A stretch of 64,000 nt of DNA, taken from Mobula hypostoma (taxonomy: Eukaryota). Both the position numbers and the translations under genes were made by a program. The DNA is taken from NCBI RefSeq assembly GCF_963921235.1, contig NC_086108.1:64792001-64856000 (forward strand). Reading direction: 5' to 3'. Shown here piece by piece: positions 1 through 12,630 of this stretch (position 1 is its first letter; the number at the start of each line of letters is the position of its first letter). The notes under the pieces are model-generated. The model had not been told where the DNA came from. It did not search any database and was given only the letters and a program-made list of their open reading frames with translations.

Positions 1-849
1 GTGGTTTTGCTTTAGCCAGCTGAATGCTTATTTCATGGTAGGTGCTATTGCTTTCAAATGAAATCCTTCCACAATCAGCCCACAGTAATTGTTACAGTGT
101 TTATCAAATCAGAAATTGCTTCAGAATGATTGAAAACAAAAATTAATTGTGGTTTGGCCTGGTATAAGGGTCAATGCTACCATCTTTGATTAATTTTGGA
201 GTTGCTTATTTTTCTTGTATTGTTCATTGTCCTGTTGTATTTACCCAGAAGTGGGACATATTAGATGGTAACAAAATATGCCTCCATGATGTTTCTGTGA
301 ATTTCCACCAAGGAGTTTTAAATGCTACTAAGGACTAAGAAAAAGCTCTACTTTGATACTCGCACAAATTTTATAGCTTCATCATGTACCCATTACAAAT
401 TCCCTTTTGTTTAATGATACTTTCCCTTCACTGATCTGTGAAAATAATCAAAAGATAGTTCTGGATTCTAAAGCCTGAGCTAGAAATTTTTATTACAATT
501 GTAATACAATAAACATTTTTTTCTCAGCAAATGAAGTCTTTTCAATTTGCACAGTAAGTCAAAGGTTCAAAAATTTTGTCTGTCTTCGCAAGGTTCACCT
601 CTTAGATATATGACATCTGTATTTTTAACCTTTATTCAACCAATTTTTTCCTGGTGAATAAATAGAAAAATACACTTCATACATCTCTCGAGAGCTAATT
701 TCCAGATACTCCATTCAGTGTACTTCCCCAACCTCTACTTTTTTTTTAAAGAAGATTTATTAGTGGGGGTGACACAGAATGGAGGCATAATGAACTGTGA
801 ACTCTTTCCAGATTATTTTTTTCCGAAGTCAATCACTATCCCCCTCAGA

Positions 850-1910
850 ATGTCAGCTGAAATTTAATAGTAAGACGTGAAATGTACATTTTGGCATGAA
901 GAATGTGAGGAGATGATTTAGAGAGCACACTTCTAAAAGTGGTATAAGAACAGAGAGATCTGGGAGTATACGTATGTAGTGCATGTTATTATTTCTTCCT
1001 TTTTGTATTTACACTGTTTGCTGTCTTGCACACTGGATGAACACCCAAGTCGTTTGGTCTTTCTTTGATTCTGTTAGAGTTAATATTCTATTATGGATGT
1101 GTTGAGTAAAACCACAAGAAAATGAACCTCAGGGTTGTATATGGTAACATATATGTACTTTGATAATAAATTTACTTTGAACTTTGAATGTGGCAGGATA
1201 GGTGGAGAAAGTAGTTAAAATATATGGGATCTTGAATTGTATGAAAAGAGGTACAGAATGTAAGAGCAAGGAATCTTAGTGAAACACTGACTTGGCCACT
1301 GCTATAGTACCCTGTTCTCTGTGATTCACTTTAGGAAAAATGGAAAGGGTGCAAAGAGATTTACCAAAATGATTTATGGGAGTAGAGATTTTAGTTATTT
1401 GGGTAAACAGGAGAAGCTAAGATAGTTATGCTTGGGATAAAGGAGCTTATGTGGGTATTTGATACGATTATTTAAATTTCTAAAGGTTTGGAGGTTCAGA
1501 TAATAAAGAATTATCAGGTCACATCCAAAAAATCTGAGATATGGATTAAAAATTCACTTGTACAAAATTTATGTGTAAAATCTTGTGACATAGCATGACA
1601 GATAAGTCACAATACGAAATGTAACTCCTCATATCATAGCAGCTGCTTGTATAGACAGGATGGAATGAAAGAAGGAGAGATAGAATGAAGGTGAAAGACA
1701 AAACTGATACGAGGAAGAGTTACATTGCCAGGAGTAGCTGTGGAGATGAATTCAGTTGTAGCATTTAGAAGGGAGATGGATAAGTATCCGAAATGAAAGA
1801 ATTTGCAGAAGTATGGGGGAAGGACTGGAACCATGTAGCTTGCTATGAGATAGAGCTAGTATCTATGACAGGGCAAATAGGTTCCTTCAGAGCTGTAACT
1901 AACCTGTGAT
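850..1910 (+). mobile_element. Decayed CR1 LINE 3' region with a nested LINE tail
   Basis: CR1 RT C-terminal-like text (cagctgaaatttaat, gagagatctgggagta, agggtgcaaagagatttacc) and CR1 3' UTR-like end near 1860-1910; no open frame. Confidence 0.6.
980..1188 (+). mobile_element. LINE 3' tail (Rex1-type) ending in tttgaac repeats
   Basis: Ends gataataaatttactttgaactttgaa; the same sequence occurs inverted at 55657-55691 and 57478-57720. Confidence 0.65.
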
Positions 1911-2029
1911 TTTGTAACTGTCACCTGAAAGCATTACACTCTTATCTTCCAGCTCTGATTCTCCAAGACTGATATTCTTTTGTTCGATGCATGTATGCTT
2001 ATGATACTGCGACCTTGGGAGTTACTGAG

Positions 2030-3030
2030 GAAAAGTGGGTCCCTGGTGTATATGTCCTGAAGGCAGCAGTACAAATAGATACGTGGTTATGGCATACAAG
2101 ATGCTTTCTTATATTAACCAGGGCATTGAATATAAGTACAAGGAGGTCACGGTAAAACTACATTGAATATTAGCTAAGCCATAGAGTACCATGTTCAGAT
2201 CTAGCTGCTGGGCAATAATAAGACCATAAAACATACATAGGAGCGACATTTGACCTCAAAAGTCTGCTCTGCCATTTGACCATTGCTGATTTATTTTCCC
2301 TTGCAACCCCACTCTCCTCCTTTCTCCCCATAACCTATGCTGCCCTTAATAATTCAATACCTATCAACTTTTGCTTTAAATATGCGATGACTTGGCCTCC
2401 ACAGCCATCTGTGGCAATGAAGTCCACAGATTCACCACCCGCTAGCTAAAGAAATTCCCCCTCATCTCTGTTCTACACATTCATCCTTCGAATTCTGAGA
2501 TTGTGCCCTGTGGTCCTTGATTCTCCCTCTATCTAGATCTTTCAATAGAATATAATTGCACTGGAGAAGAAGAACCGGGATGTTGCCTGGGATGGAGTGA
2601 ATCAGTTTTGAGTAAGTACGCAGTAGGCTCAGTTTATTTACCTTGGAGCATGAAAACTGTGAGTAGCCTGATAGTGGTATACAAAATTGTTAGGGGCATA
2701 GATGGGTAGATGTGAAAATAGTTTTCTCCTTAAAATTGTATCTATAACCAGGGGACCGTGTAAATATGGAAGGTTTAGAAGTGACTTGAGGAGGAGGTTT
2801 TTCTGAAAACAAGCATGTTTGAAATCTGGAGTGCTTTGCCAAAGGAGGAGAGGGTGTGTGATGGGAACAGGTACTCTTACAACATTTAAGAAATTGTAAA
2901 AAGAACACTAAAAATGACTTGACATAGAAGGTTTAAACACTGGGTGGAAAATGGCGTAGAACCATTGATGGCCAGCGTGGGCATGGTGTATCAGAAGGCC
3001 AGTTTCCAGACTATAATGCTTTATGACTGC
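2030..3030 (+). mobile_element. Decayed CR1 LINE 3' part, interrupted by an antisense CR1 3' end at about 2215-2548
   Basis: ggcattgaatataag...gaggtc and ggatgttgcctgggatggag motifs; the nested piece is the reverse complement of the CR1 end at 16900-17215. Confidence 0.65.
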
Positions 3031-3254
3031 ATGCAGGCTTTGATGGAATGCAAAGTAAAATCGAGGCAGTGCAGAAGCAACCATCTCTATAAATAAAGCC
3101 GTGAATGACTGCAGGTAACAATACCCAAACAATATTCAGGCATGGACTGACCAGAGGCAAATAACATTTATGCTGCACATATACCCAGCACTGGCTTCAA
3201 AAATAGTCAGAACCTGAGTGTCCATGAGCCACTGAAATAATGGCCCATCGTAAG

Positions 3255-3625
3255 AGCATCAGAAGACAGGAGCTTGGTCCCTCAGGCCTGCTCATCTTTC
3301 AATATGATCATGGCTGATTTACTTCAGGCTCTCTCTTCTGTGCCAGTATCCTTAATTCCCTGGTCTTTTAATAAAAATCTACTCTGCCTTTAAGTACCCC
3401 AGATGATCTGACCTTCACAACTCTCTGGAATAGAGAATTCCAAGAGATTCACCACATCTGGAGGAAAAAAATTCCAGCGCACTTCAGTTCTTAATAACTG
3501 TACCATAATCTTGTAACTATGTCCCCTCATTCAAGATTTGTCCATCATTGAAAAAAAATCTCAACATATATCCTGGCAGGTCCATTAATAATTTTAACTT
3601 CCAATAAGATCACCTTTCATTCATT
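3255..3625 (-). mobile_element. CR1 LINE 3' end
   Basis: agagaattccaagagattcaccac...aaaaaattcc is antisense to the CR1 terminal RNFFSQRVVNLWNSL region. Confidence 0.65.
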
Positions 3626-6600
3626 TTTAGAAGACAACATTTAGGAGGGTGATGGAGTACTTCATCTGCCCAGATGACTGCAGATCCAATAACAGTCAAG
3701 AAGCTCAATACCAACAGGAGACAGTTTGACAGGCACTCCATCCATCACCCTTAATATTCATTCTGTCTGTGTTGCAATATTCACTCTCTGCCAAATGCTC
3801 TGCAATTACTTGCCTAAGCAGCAGTGGCTCCCCTTCATGTAAACGCTGCCACCATAATTGAACAAATGGAGCTGGCACATGGGAGCACTAGCACCAATAG
3901 GTTTCCCTGCAAATTACATATCATCCTGACTTGTATAGACAACTCTGCTCTTTCATTTGTCAGTGGACTTTAAAAATCCGGGAGCTTCCTTCATATTGTC
4001 ACCTTAAGGGCTCAAGCTTCAAGAAGGAGGCTTAGTGCAACTTCTCAAATGCAGTAAGTGGAATGGACACTGACTTTGTCAGTGAGGTTGACAGCCTGTC
4101 ATTGATTTTGGGGAAAAAGAAACCTGTAAAACCATGCATTAATTCTCTACCTGCTAAAAAGAAGAATGCCCTGCTTCCTCACCCTCTATCGTTTTCCTTC
4201 CAATAATTGTTTCAAAACCCCATTCTCAATTTTCTGAGCTACTGTAAGATCACTTACTTTTGACCAGCACACAGGATGATCACCGTTTCCCTGGACCTTT
4301 AACATTTACCCTGTGTCTACTCACATTTTCCATTTGTTTCACTGTTTCTATACAGTTTTTAGCCAGTTCCCACTTTAAAACTAAATATGTGTACTCCAAA
4401 AGGGAATTCAATTATATTAAATTAAACTCGTACATTCATGAGCATTCATGAGCCACATTATTTTTAATTAAGACAGTTTGCCGGCGGCTAGCAAGATTGA
4501 GATGATTTTGGGCATTGCTGGAGTACAGTTACTGAATAGGTGGTGCTTCCAATTTGGAAGTAGTTTCTTTTCCTGAAACTCCGATGTTTCAAGTTTCTGT
4601 TCTTGCCCAGGGCTCTGACAATAGCAGGAAGCCAGTTTTCAAACAGCCCCAACATGCAAGGATTGCTTAGAAACTCGTGTCTGGACTGCTTTTACCAGAC
4701 AATCCAGAACTATCTGGTAAGAGTCAATTAGAAAAGCTTTCCTTATAACTCAATAGACAGAGCACCCTAACAGCAGGCAGCATGTTTGTGCCAGAAAGAA
4801 CTGTCTTTCAAATGCAGGAATATTCCACATAGCTAAACTGAATGGAGCCCCACAAGCTATATATTTCATTAGATCCCAGGGGAAGTGTGGGACGCGGCTT
4901 CCTTCTGCTTAGCTGGGATTTAGCCAAGAACGTTTTCCAGGCCTAGTTTCTACAATAGGCTTGCCTTAAAAAAATATTCTACCAATCACCCAAAGGGCTA
5001 TAAATTTGACATTTCCCACAGATCCTTTACTGCAGTTATGCTGCTTTGTCAGCAATATGTATAAGCTCAAGTGTTCTCTATTGTTTAACCGAGAACAGTT
5101 GAAAGTTTAGTTAAACCAAGTGTTTTCTTTCACTGTCTTCAAAGTTTAGCATTGAAGATGTGAAAAGTAGCAGAGAAATTTTACTAGATTTGTACCTCTT
5201 GTCTTGTGACAACAAATAAACAAATTGTAAATCTTTTTGCTCAAAAATTTAAACAACTATAAATGTGTCAAGAGATTTATGCTGCTTTTTTCTCTTTTTA
5301 AAAAAAAAATTAACCCTCACCCATCCATGTAAGGAGCTTACTTTGTTTTCTTGAAGGAATTAATGAATTGTGGGTTTGGCTGTAAAATTGTGGAGATGTT
5401 CTGGAAGCAATTACATCCTACAGGGTCGGGACACCCTGCTTACTGGCCATAAAGTAATGGAACTCATCCCACAAACACAGTGTCAAGTGGTTTGGAATAG
5501 CTTTAGGCTTAGCCACATGCTTCCAGTGCCCAGTGCAGTGATGTTCCATCAGTCGAATGTATGGGTTTCCGGATTAATATTGATATTTCACCACTAGATG
5601 CTACTGGTATATTTAATAAACACCAGAGTGTAACTTGTGTAAGAGACATAAGAGCAGTAGATGACAATTGCATTAGCTTACTCTCCATTTGGGAACTTCA
5701 AAACTGATACTGAATTCTTCACAAACTGAGCAATAAAATCTAAATGGTTCAATTTGACATTTTAAGATCTTTCTTAGACTTGTTTTGAATTTGGCATTAG
5801 GCATTTCTACCAGTATTACTGGCTTACTCACAAAATTAATCAATGCTGAAGCAAAAGTCTAACAAGGTAATAATTTAAGTTTATAAAGAATTTAAGTATT
5901 TAAATATAATACAGTATTGCTTCTCCTTTGGACATGATATGAACAAAAATTGTACTTTATTTTTCCAGAGTGAAGATGCATTACAAATTTCAGCAAATTT
6001 ACATAATTGCAATTATGAATGATTTATTTTTCCCTTCCAATAAAGGAGATATGCCTTGCATTACTGGTGTGGTTTATTTAATATAATTTAAAAATATTTT
6101 GGCACTAAGCTATAGTTCTAATTTATTGTCATATGTATATTTTCAGAATTCACACATCACAGTCAAAGCCAGTGTTTATATTTTGCCTCCAACTGCCCTT
6201 GAGAAGTTGGTAGTGAGTTGCCTTCTTGAACTGCGCCAGTGCTTCAACATGGTGTTTTTGGGAGAGTTCCAATATTTAGATTCAATGTTGATGAAGAACC
6301 AGGGATATACTTCTAAGTCAGGTTGGTGTGTGACTTGAATGGGATCATGGAACTGTGGGAGTTTCCATACAGCTGCTGCCACTTTCCTTCTTGGTGAGAG
6401 ATGTAGCAGGTTTGGGAGTTGATATTGAAGTACCCTGGTCAATTGTGTAGGAGGATTTCATTGTACATTGTCAGTAAAGTATGATTCTGTATGTTAAGCT
6501 GTTGCTTGACATGTCTGTAGAACAAGTCTTCTCACTTAGAAATAGGTTCCCAGGTGTTGTGAGAAATACTTTGCAAGGTTGACTGGGCAATGCTTGGTCA

Positions 6601-6637
6601 TTTATCCAGTTTTATTTGCAAAAATCAATATTTAAAA

Positions 6638-6750
6638 AATGCAGATGTCAGAAAGCCAAAATAAAAATCAGAGATTTGCTGGAAACATTAAGCACGGAGG
6701 ACTGAGAAACAGTTAATGTTTCAGGTCAAAAATCTTTCATCAGAACTAGG
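6638..6750 (-). mobile_element. Penelope-type terminal repeat with degenerate hammerhead motif (second subfamily)
   Basis: Minus strand 6747-6711 reads AGTT-CTGATGA-AAGATTTTTGACCT-GAAAC-ATT-AACT; AGTT/AACT form stem I. Confidence 0.65.
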
Positions 6751-6967
6751 AAAGATGGAAATAGTTGCTGGGAATATCTATGATCAGGTCAGGCAAAGTT
6801 GTCATGTGAGCAGATTGTAGAAGTTCTCCAGTCAAATGTGTCTTTGAAATGTGTTCCTTTTTTTTTGTTTTTACCATAGTTTACAAAACACTTGATTACA
6901 TTTCATCCACATCCTGTAGCATTTTTGTCACCTTCTCTCCACCTGGAAGGAGATAAACAGAGTTCTT

Positions 6968-7004
6968 AAAAACAAGAGATTCTGCAGATGCTGGAAATCC
7001 AGAG
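6968..7004 (-). repeat. Left part of the Penelope-type short repeat split by the Gypsy insertion; continues at 11648-11685
   Basis: aacaagagattctgcagatgctggaaatccagag|LTR...LTR|cagagtaacacacacaaaat rejoins to the repeat seen at 48068 and 61694. Confidence 0.85.
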
Positions 7005-7255
7005 TGAAGTGTATTCAATATTTCAGTAATATTTGAGTAATATCATACAAACGTAAATATATTATTTCATTGAACATTCTGTGTTTGTTTACATAGCTCA
7101 TTATGGGTTATATGTAAGAAGTATGTGAATGGCATATGTCACTATGGCCACCACATCATATGTGAGTGCCTCACTAAAAGAGAAACTAAGTACATGAGTA
7201 TCCCTGGCTCCTGTGTTTCTCTTTTGATTAGATTTTGGAGTTACAAAACATAACA
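7005..7255 (+). repeat. 5' LTR
   Basis: tgaagtgtattcaat...gttacaaaacataaca; direct repeat of 11411-11647. Confidence 0.95.
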
Positions 7256-9308
7256 ATGGAGACGAGAAAGTTTTAAAATGATCCTGAGACAACTACCTAC
7301 ACATTGAAGAACAGCACAACCCAGCACATTCGCTTCAGAAGGGAGAAGGTTATACAAGTTTTAAATAAGAAGCACAGGAAGTGTTTCTTTGGAAGGGAAG
7401 AGAGACGGTTGAATTTAGAACAAAAAGGCAAAAAACACACAAAATTAACAAGCAACGGGTATTACCAGGAGTTCATAAACAGTGAGTACTGGGTAATAAT
7501 AATAATAAAAAAAATCAGAAATGACTGGCTACATCAGAAAGATAGATGCATTTGATTGCACAACAGATAACTGGTTGATGTGTACTGAACAAATTGAGCC
7601 GATGAAAAACTAATGAGAGTGTAGCTGAATACACTAGGTGGAAAAGCATACAATTTACTTAGAAGTTTACCTGTTCCAACCAAACCAACCGATATGAGCT
7701 TTGCTGGTATCGTGAATGTAATACAGGAACATTTTGAACCTATATGATAGTTGTAAAATGCTTTAGGTTTCATAAGCAAAATTTAAAGGAAGTGAAGTCC
7801 ATTTCAGTTTATGTGGCTAAACTTTTGAACCTTCTTAAACCTTTGAATTGAGGAATTTTTCCAAGCATTGTCAGTTCAGTGATGAGCTTAATGATGTACT
7901 GAGAACATTTAGTTTGTAAAATCTTACAAGAAAACATTCAAAAATGGTTCCTAACTGAAGCACAACACATATTTAAAAGAGCAGTTGAAATTGCTATGTC
8001 AATGGAAGCAGCAGGCAGAGACACAATTGACTTGCAGTTAGGAATGAAAGTGAGAACAAAATTGCAACATCTAAACAGAAACTTGTCTGCCCAAACAAAT
8101 AGTGTTATCATTGCAGAGAGGCTCATATACACTAGACCAATGCAGGTTTAAAGGTGAAACTTGCAGAAAATACAACAAAGTAGGACACATACAAAGAACA
8201 TGTCAGGCAGTGAAAAATAAATGGACTGCACAGGAAGGAGAAAAAAGATTTTTTTTTTAAAAAGTCAAGTTGCAGTTTCAAACAGAACACTATTCTGCAT
8301 TCTGTTGAGGAAAAATCTGATAATGATGCGATTGATACAGGACTGATTAGCCTTAAGATTTAAAATGTGAAAACTAACAAGAGGCAAGAAATATGCCTTA
8401 TACACCAGAAGAGAATAGCAAATTAATTAAAATGGAATTGGACACTGGCTCGTCTGTTTCAGTCATTCCGCAAAATGAGTTTGAATGACATTTCAAAGAT
8501 ACTGAACTGAAACCTGCAGATATCCAACTAAGAACTGATACTGGAGAAATTATTACTTCTGTGCGAATGACATTCACAACAGTGAAATGCGACAACCTAC
8601 AAGCCACATTGGGCTTGTATTTGGTAAAAACTAGAGGACCAACATTGTGGGGCCATGATTAGCTGAGACAACTACAAATTAATTGGAGATTCATCCACCA
8701 TTTATACACCACATCTCCTGCAATAGAGTCAACTGAAAGCAAATTAAGAAAGGTATTGGATGATGCCACAGCAGTGTTCAAGGATGGCATTAGAAAACTC
8801 AAACATATCAAGGGTAAAATACTGTTAAATGAAAATGCCACACTCAAGTTTATGAAGTCTATCCTGTTTTTTTACACCATCCGTGATAAAGTAGTAAGTG
8901 AGCTAGACTGGATGGAGGTTCAAGGAATTCTTTCCAAGGTTAAGAGAAGCCTATGGGAAATGCCAGTAGCTCCAGTAGCCAAAAAGGTTGGGTCTGTCAG
9001 GATCTGTGGTGATTTAAAGGTCATTGTCTAGCCAGTCCTGAAAGTAGATTAATACCCTCTGCCCAGGATAGAGGATATCTTTGCAAACTTTCTGGAGGGA
9101 AGCACTTCGTCAAAGTGCACTTAACTGTGTCCTACCTACAGGTGGAGCTGGAAGAAGAGTCCAAAGTATTTCTCACCATAACACTCACAGAGGGCTTTAT
9201 CACTATAATAGGCTTATTTTTGGAGTAGCATCTACACCTGCACTCTGGCAAAAAAACTATTGACCAAGTGCTGCAAGGGTGCCCCGGCACTCAGTGTTAC
9301 CTGGATGA

Positions 9309-9944
9309 CAATGTTCCCTCTTAAGGTGTGATGTGTGCATGCACACACAACTTTTGCTGTTAGTGCACAAAGGAATTTAAACTGCGGACAAAAGGTTGTC
9401 ACCTTCTACCTCATTGGCATGCTAAGTATATTTCACAATTGTAGATAATCACTTTCCATTTCCGGTTTCTAATGTGGACAGTGTTGGTAATGTGGAGTTT
9501 GTGATGGTTTGCTTGCAGATTTTAGAACTGGCTTATTTATACTGTTTTTATTGAAGGAATTATTGATTCACTATGTCAAATTCCAAACAAGCAAAAGGCA
9601 TGATGAGCAAAAGAACTGCAAGTTCATTTAAAGTGGAATGGCTTCATGAAACTGTAGAAACTACTACACTGAAAGCTCATGAAGTCAGGAACGTGCAGCT
9701 ATGAGAAATATTTATGTACAATACGGAAAATGGTGTTACCTGTGTGTATGAGAAATATGTGTATTGTTTTATCTCTTTCAAGCAATGAACAACAAACTGT
9801 ATTTGGTAATTTATTATCCTTAGAACAGCTTCAAGTTTGCTTCCACTTAAAGATTCAATGAGTACATTTTGGTGTCACTGGGCAAAAAATTCCACAGCTT
9901 AAGATTTTTGTGCACGCTGCTCATTGCAATTTGAGGGAACGTTG
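9309..9944 (+). mobile_element. Non-autonomous hAT DNA transposon (internal deletion derivative)
   Basis: TIRs CAATGTTCCCTC / GAGGGAACGTTG; 8-bp TSD CTGGATGA at 9301-9308 and 9945-9952; N-terminal-like frame MSNSKQAKG...SSFKVEWL from about 9573. Confidence 0.92.
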
Positions 9945-10466
9945 CTGGATGACATCTTTATTACTGGTGAGGATGACAAGGAACATCTCCAAAATCTCAA
10001 AACAGTGTTAAAAAAAATTGCAAGAGTATGGGCTCAGAGCACAATGTGACAAGTATGAATTCTTTAAACCAAGTATCATTTATTGTGGTCATACCATTGT
10101 CGCACAGGAATTACACAAGTGTGCTGAGAAAAGTTAAACAGTGGTGGATGCCCAAGGCCAAAGGATGTGTTACTACTGTAGTTCTTTTTAGGACCTGTCA
10201 ATTACTATAACAGGTTCCTGCCAAACCTGGCTACTCTGCTTCAACCCTTGAACTCATTACTGCAGATGGGGAAGAAATGGCAATAGATAAAGCTGTGTCA
10301 GGTAGCTTTCCAAAAGGTGAAGGATACCTGTACTCTCATGCACTGTATACACTGTCAGACACTGTACTCTCATATTATCATCCACATTGCCCAATGAAAC
10401 TTGTCTTTGACACCTCACCTTATGTATGGGTACTATCTTGGCACATGTTATGAGTGATGGAAATGA

Positions 10467-10620
10467 AGTTACAAAACACAACACAGAGTAACACACACAA
10501 AATGCTGGAGGAACTCAGCAGGACAGGCAGCATCAATGGAGAGGAAGGAAGAGTCAAATTCTTGGGCCAAGACCCTTCATCAGTCCTGATAAAGGGTCTC
10601 GGCCTGAAACATTGAATCTT
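10467..10620 (+). repeat. Ectopic copy of the LTR end, TSD and flanking Penelope-type palindromic repeat inside RNase H
   Basis: agttacaaaacacaaca-cagag-taacacacacaaaat matches 11631-11667 with 1 mismatch, then continues as the short repeat with back-to-back hammerhead-like cores. Confidence 0.85.
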
Positions 10621-11410
10621 GCATCATAGTTTTTTTTATCATATTCCCATACTGCTGCTGAAAAAAATTTACACACAGATTGTCAGAGAGGCCTTGAGTC
10701 TGGTTTAGGGTGTAAAACATTTCAACCAGTACTTGTACGGGAGAGAGTTTACCATCATTACTGACCATCAAGCCCTGGTGTCAATTTTCAATCCACAGAA
10801 CAGTGTTCCACTAACAGCAGCAGTACAAATGCAGGGATGGGCTCTGTTTCTTGGAGGACACAATTACAAGATGAATTCAAGAGAAAACTAATCATGGAAA
10901 AGCTGATGTATTGTCCTGTTTTTCCGTGGGAAAGGAAATAACTGAAAAATTTACAAAAGAATACACTGTTTCACTCCCGAGCAAGCAGTGTTTATGAGGG
11001 ACTAAAGAGGTGACCAAAAATGTGTATTTTAAAAGATTAAGGACAGAACTGGGCCACCCTCCTACACAGTGAAGATTGTGCCTGATGTCATCTAGAGATG
11101 ACACATCTATCAGCTGAGAAGAGTGGAGTCAATTCTTAGAGAAGGAAGGTGTCCAGAGCTGTCAGAACCACTTCCTGCAGTCCCAGAGTCAACTCCTACA
11201 ACCACTGCAGAGGAGGCTGCAGAACTTGAGATGGTTTCCTAGCCACAAGTGTCACCTGCCAAGCAGAGTGACTCCATTTGTCAGCAAAGATGTTATCCCA
11301 CAAGAGTAAAGAATCCTCCACATACATATGGGCTAGAGAGCATTACATTATATATTTGAGTTGAGATGCATACTATATTGAGTTAGAGTTTATTGCTAAC
11401 CAGGAAGGAG

Positions 11411-11647
11411 TGTAGTATACTCAATGTTTCAAGTTATATTTGAGTAATATTGTAAATATGTTGTTTGATTAAGCATGTTTTGTTTACATAATTTACTATG
11501 GGTTATATGTAAGAAGTACATGAATGGTTTTAGGCCACCATGTCAAATGTGAGTGCCTTACTAAAAGAGAAACTACTATAATTACACAAGTATCCCTGGC
11601 TCCTGTGTTTTTCTTTTGATTAGTTTTTGGAGTTACAAAACATAACA
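11411..11647 (+). repeat. 3' LTR
   Basis: tgtagtatactcaat...gttacaaaacataaca; diverged from the 5' LTR, with reciprocal TG/CA differences typical of CpG decay. Confidence 0.95.
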
Positions 11648-11699
11648 CAGAGTAACACACACAAAATAGATGCCTGACCTGCCAATAAGCAGAACTCTT

Positions 11700-12027
11700 T
11701 TGATCATCACCTTTCACCCACCACCTTCTCACAACTTCTGCGAGTTCCATCAAGACAAAACCACCCGATAAATCCACTGTTTCCCTCTGTCTTCAGCTGT
11801 TTGAAGAGATTGTTCACTTTGTAACTTCCTGCTCTACTCTCCCATCCTCACCATCACTCCTGCTCCTATTTCACTTTCTTCTGAAACTACAAGAGAAGCA
11901 ACATCTGTCCTTTTACATCTTCAGTTCCCACCATTAAGGGACCCAACAATCTATGCTGGTGTTTCATTTGCAGTTCTCCATCTCTGAGTACTGCATTCAG
12001 TGTTCAAAATGTGGTGTCCTCTATACC
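11700..12027 (+). mobile_element. Penelope-like element ORF remnant (start of GIY-YIG endonuclease)
   Basis: ttcatttgcagttct...tactgcattcagtgttcaaaatgtggtgtcctctat reads FICSS...YCIQCSKCGVLY, resembling the PLE FTCxS...YxIxCxxC...YIG motif. Confidence 0.65.
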
Positions 12028-12039
12028 CACAGGCAAGGT

Positions 12040-12630
12040 CTCAAAGGACTGGAGAGTAACCAGTATTATTCCGTTGTTTAAGAAAACAAAAGAGTTCATC
12101 CAGAAGATTATTGGATGGTGAGTCTTGCATCAGTGATAGAGACTCTATTGGAGAGTGGCCTTATATGATTTGGGAAAGCACAGGCTTACAAGGGATAGCC
12201 AGCACGGCTTTGTGTAAGGCAGGTCATATCTTACAAACTTGCTTAAGTTTTTTTAAGGAGGCGATGAAAATGGTTGATGGTGGTAGGGTAGTGAGTATTG
12301 GAGGTATTTGACAAAGTCTCTCAAGGTAGGCTGAGGCAGAAGATGAAAACACATAGTTTCTTGTCCGTGTAGATTGGATTTAAAGTTGGCTTACCCATAG
12401 AAAACAGAGGGTAGTGGTGAAGGAGTATTTTTCTGACAGGATGTCTGTGACCAGTGGATTTCTGTAGGGCACCCTTGGTTCTAACAAATGTGAACTATTT
12501 GGACAAAAATGTAAATGGACTGCTTTGTAATTAGTGCAGTTGTGTATAGTGAAGAAGTTTGTCAAAGGATACAGTAGAATATAAATCAGTTGAAAGTATT
12601 GTGGAGAAATGTTAGGTGGAGTTTAATCCT
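12040..12630 (+). mobile_element. Decayed CR1 RT fragment
   Basis: gactggagag...ccgttgtttaagaa, DSQHGFV...SYLTNL-like segment, agaaaacagagggtagtggt. Confidence 0.75.

Larger units (their letters stand above)
7520..11320 (+). pseudogene. Disrupted gag-pol of the Gypsy element
   Basis: Zinc-knuckle remnants (CYHC near 8103; CRKYNKVGHIQRTC near 8162), protease KMELDTGSSVSV near 8430, RT GSVRICGD near 8990 and CYLDD at 9295, RNase H-like REALSL...VKHFNQYLYG near 10690. Many stops and frameshifts; the integrase core appears deleted near 10980. Confidence 0.9.
7005..11647 (+). mobile_element. Ty3/Gypsy LTR retrotransposon (Mag-type), defective
   Basis: TG...CA LTRs at 7005-7255 and 11411-11647; 5-bp TSD CAGAG at 7000-7004 and 11648-11652; PBS-like atggagacgag at 7256; PPT caggaaggag before the 3' LTR. 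Confidence 0.95.

Noticed and set aside
5589..5606. CTCF-like CCACTAGATGCTACT
   Set aside because: Lacks the conserved GG in the core; weak match.
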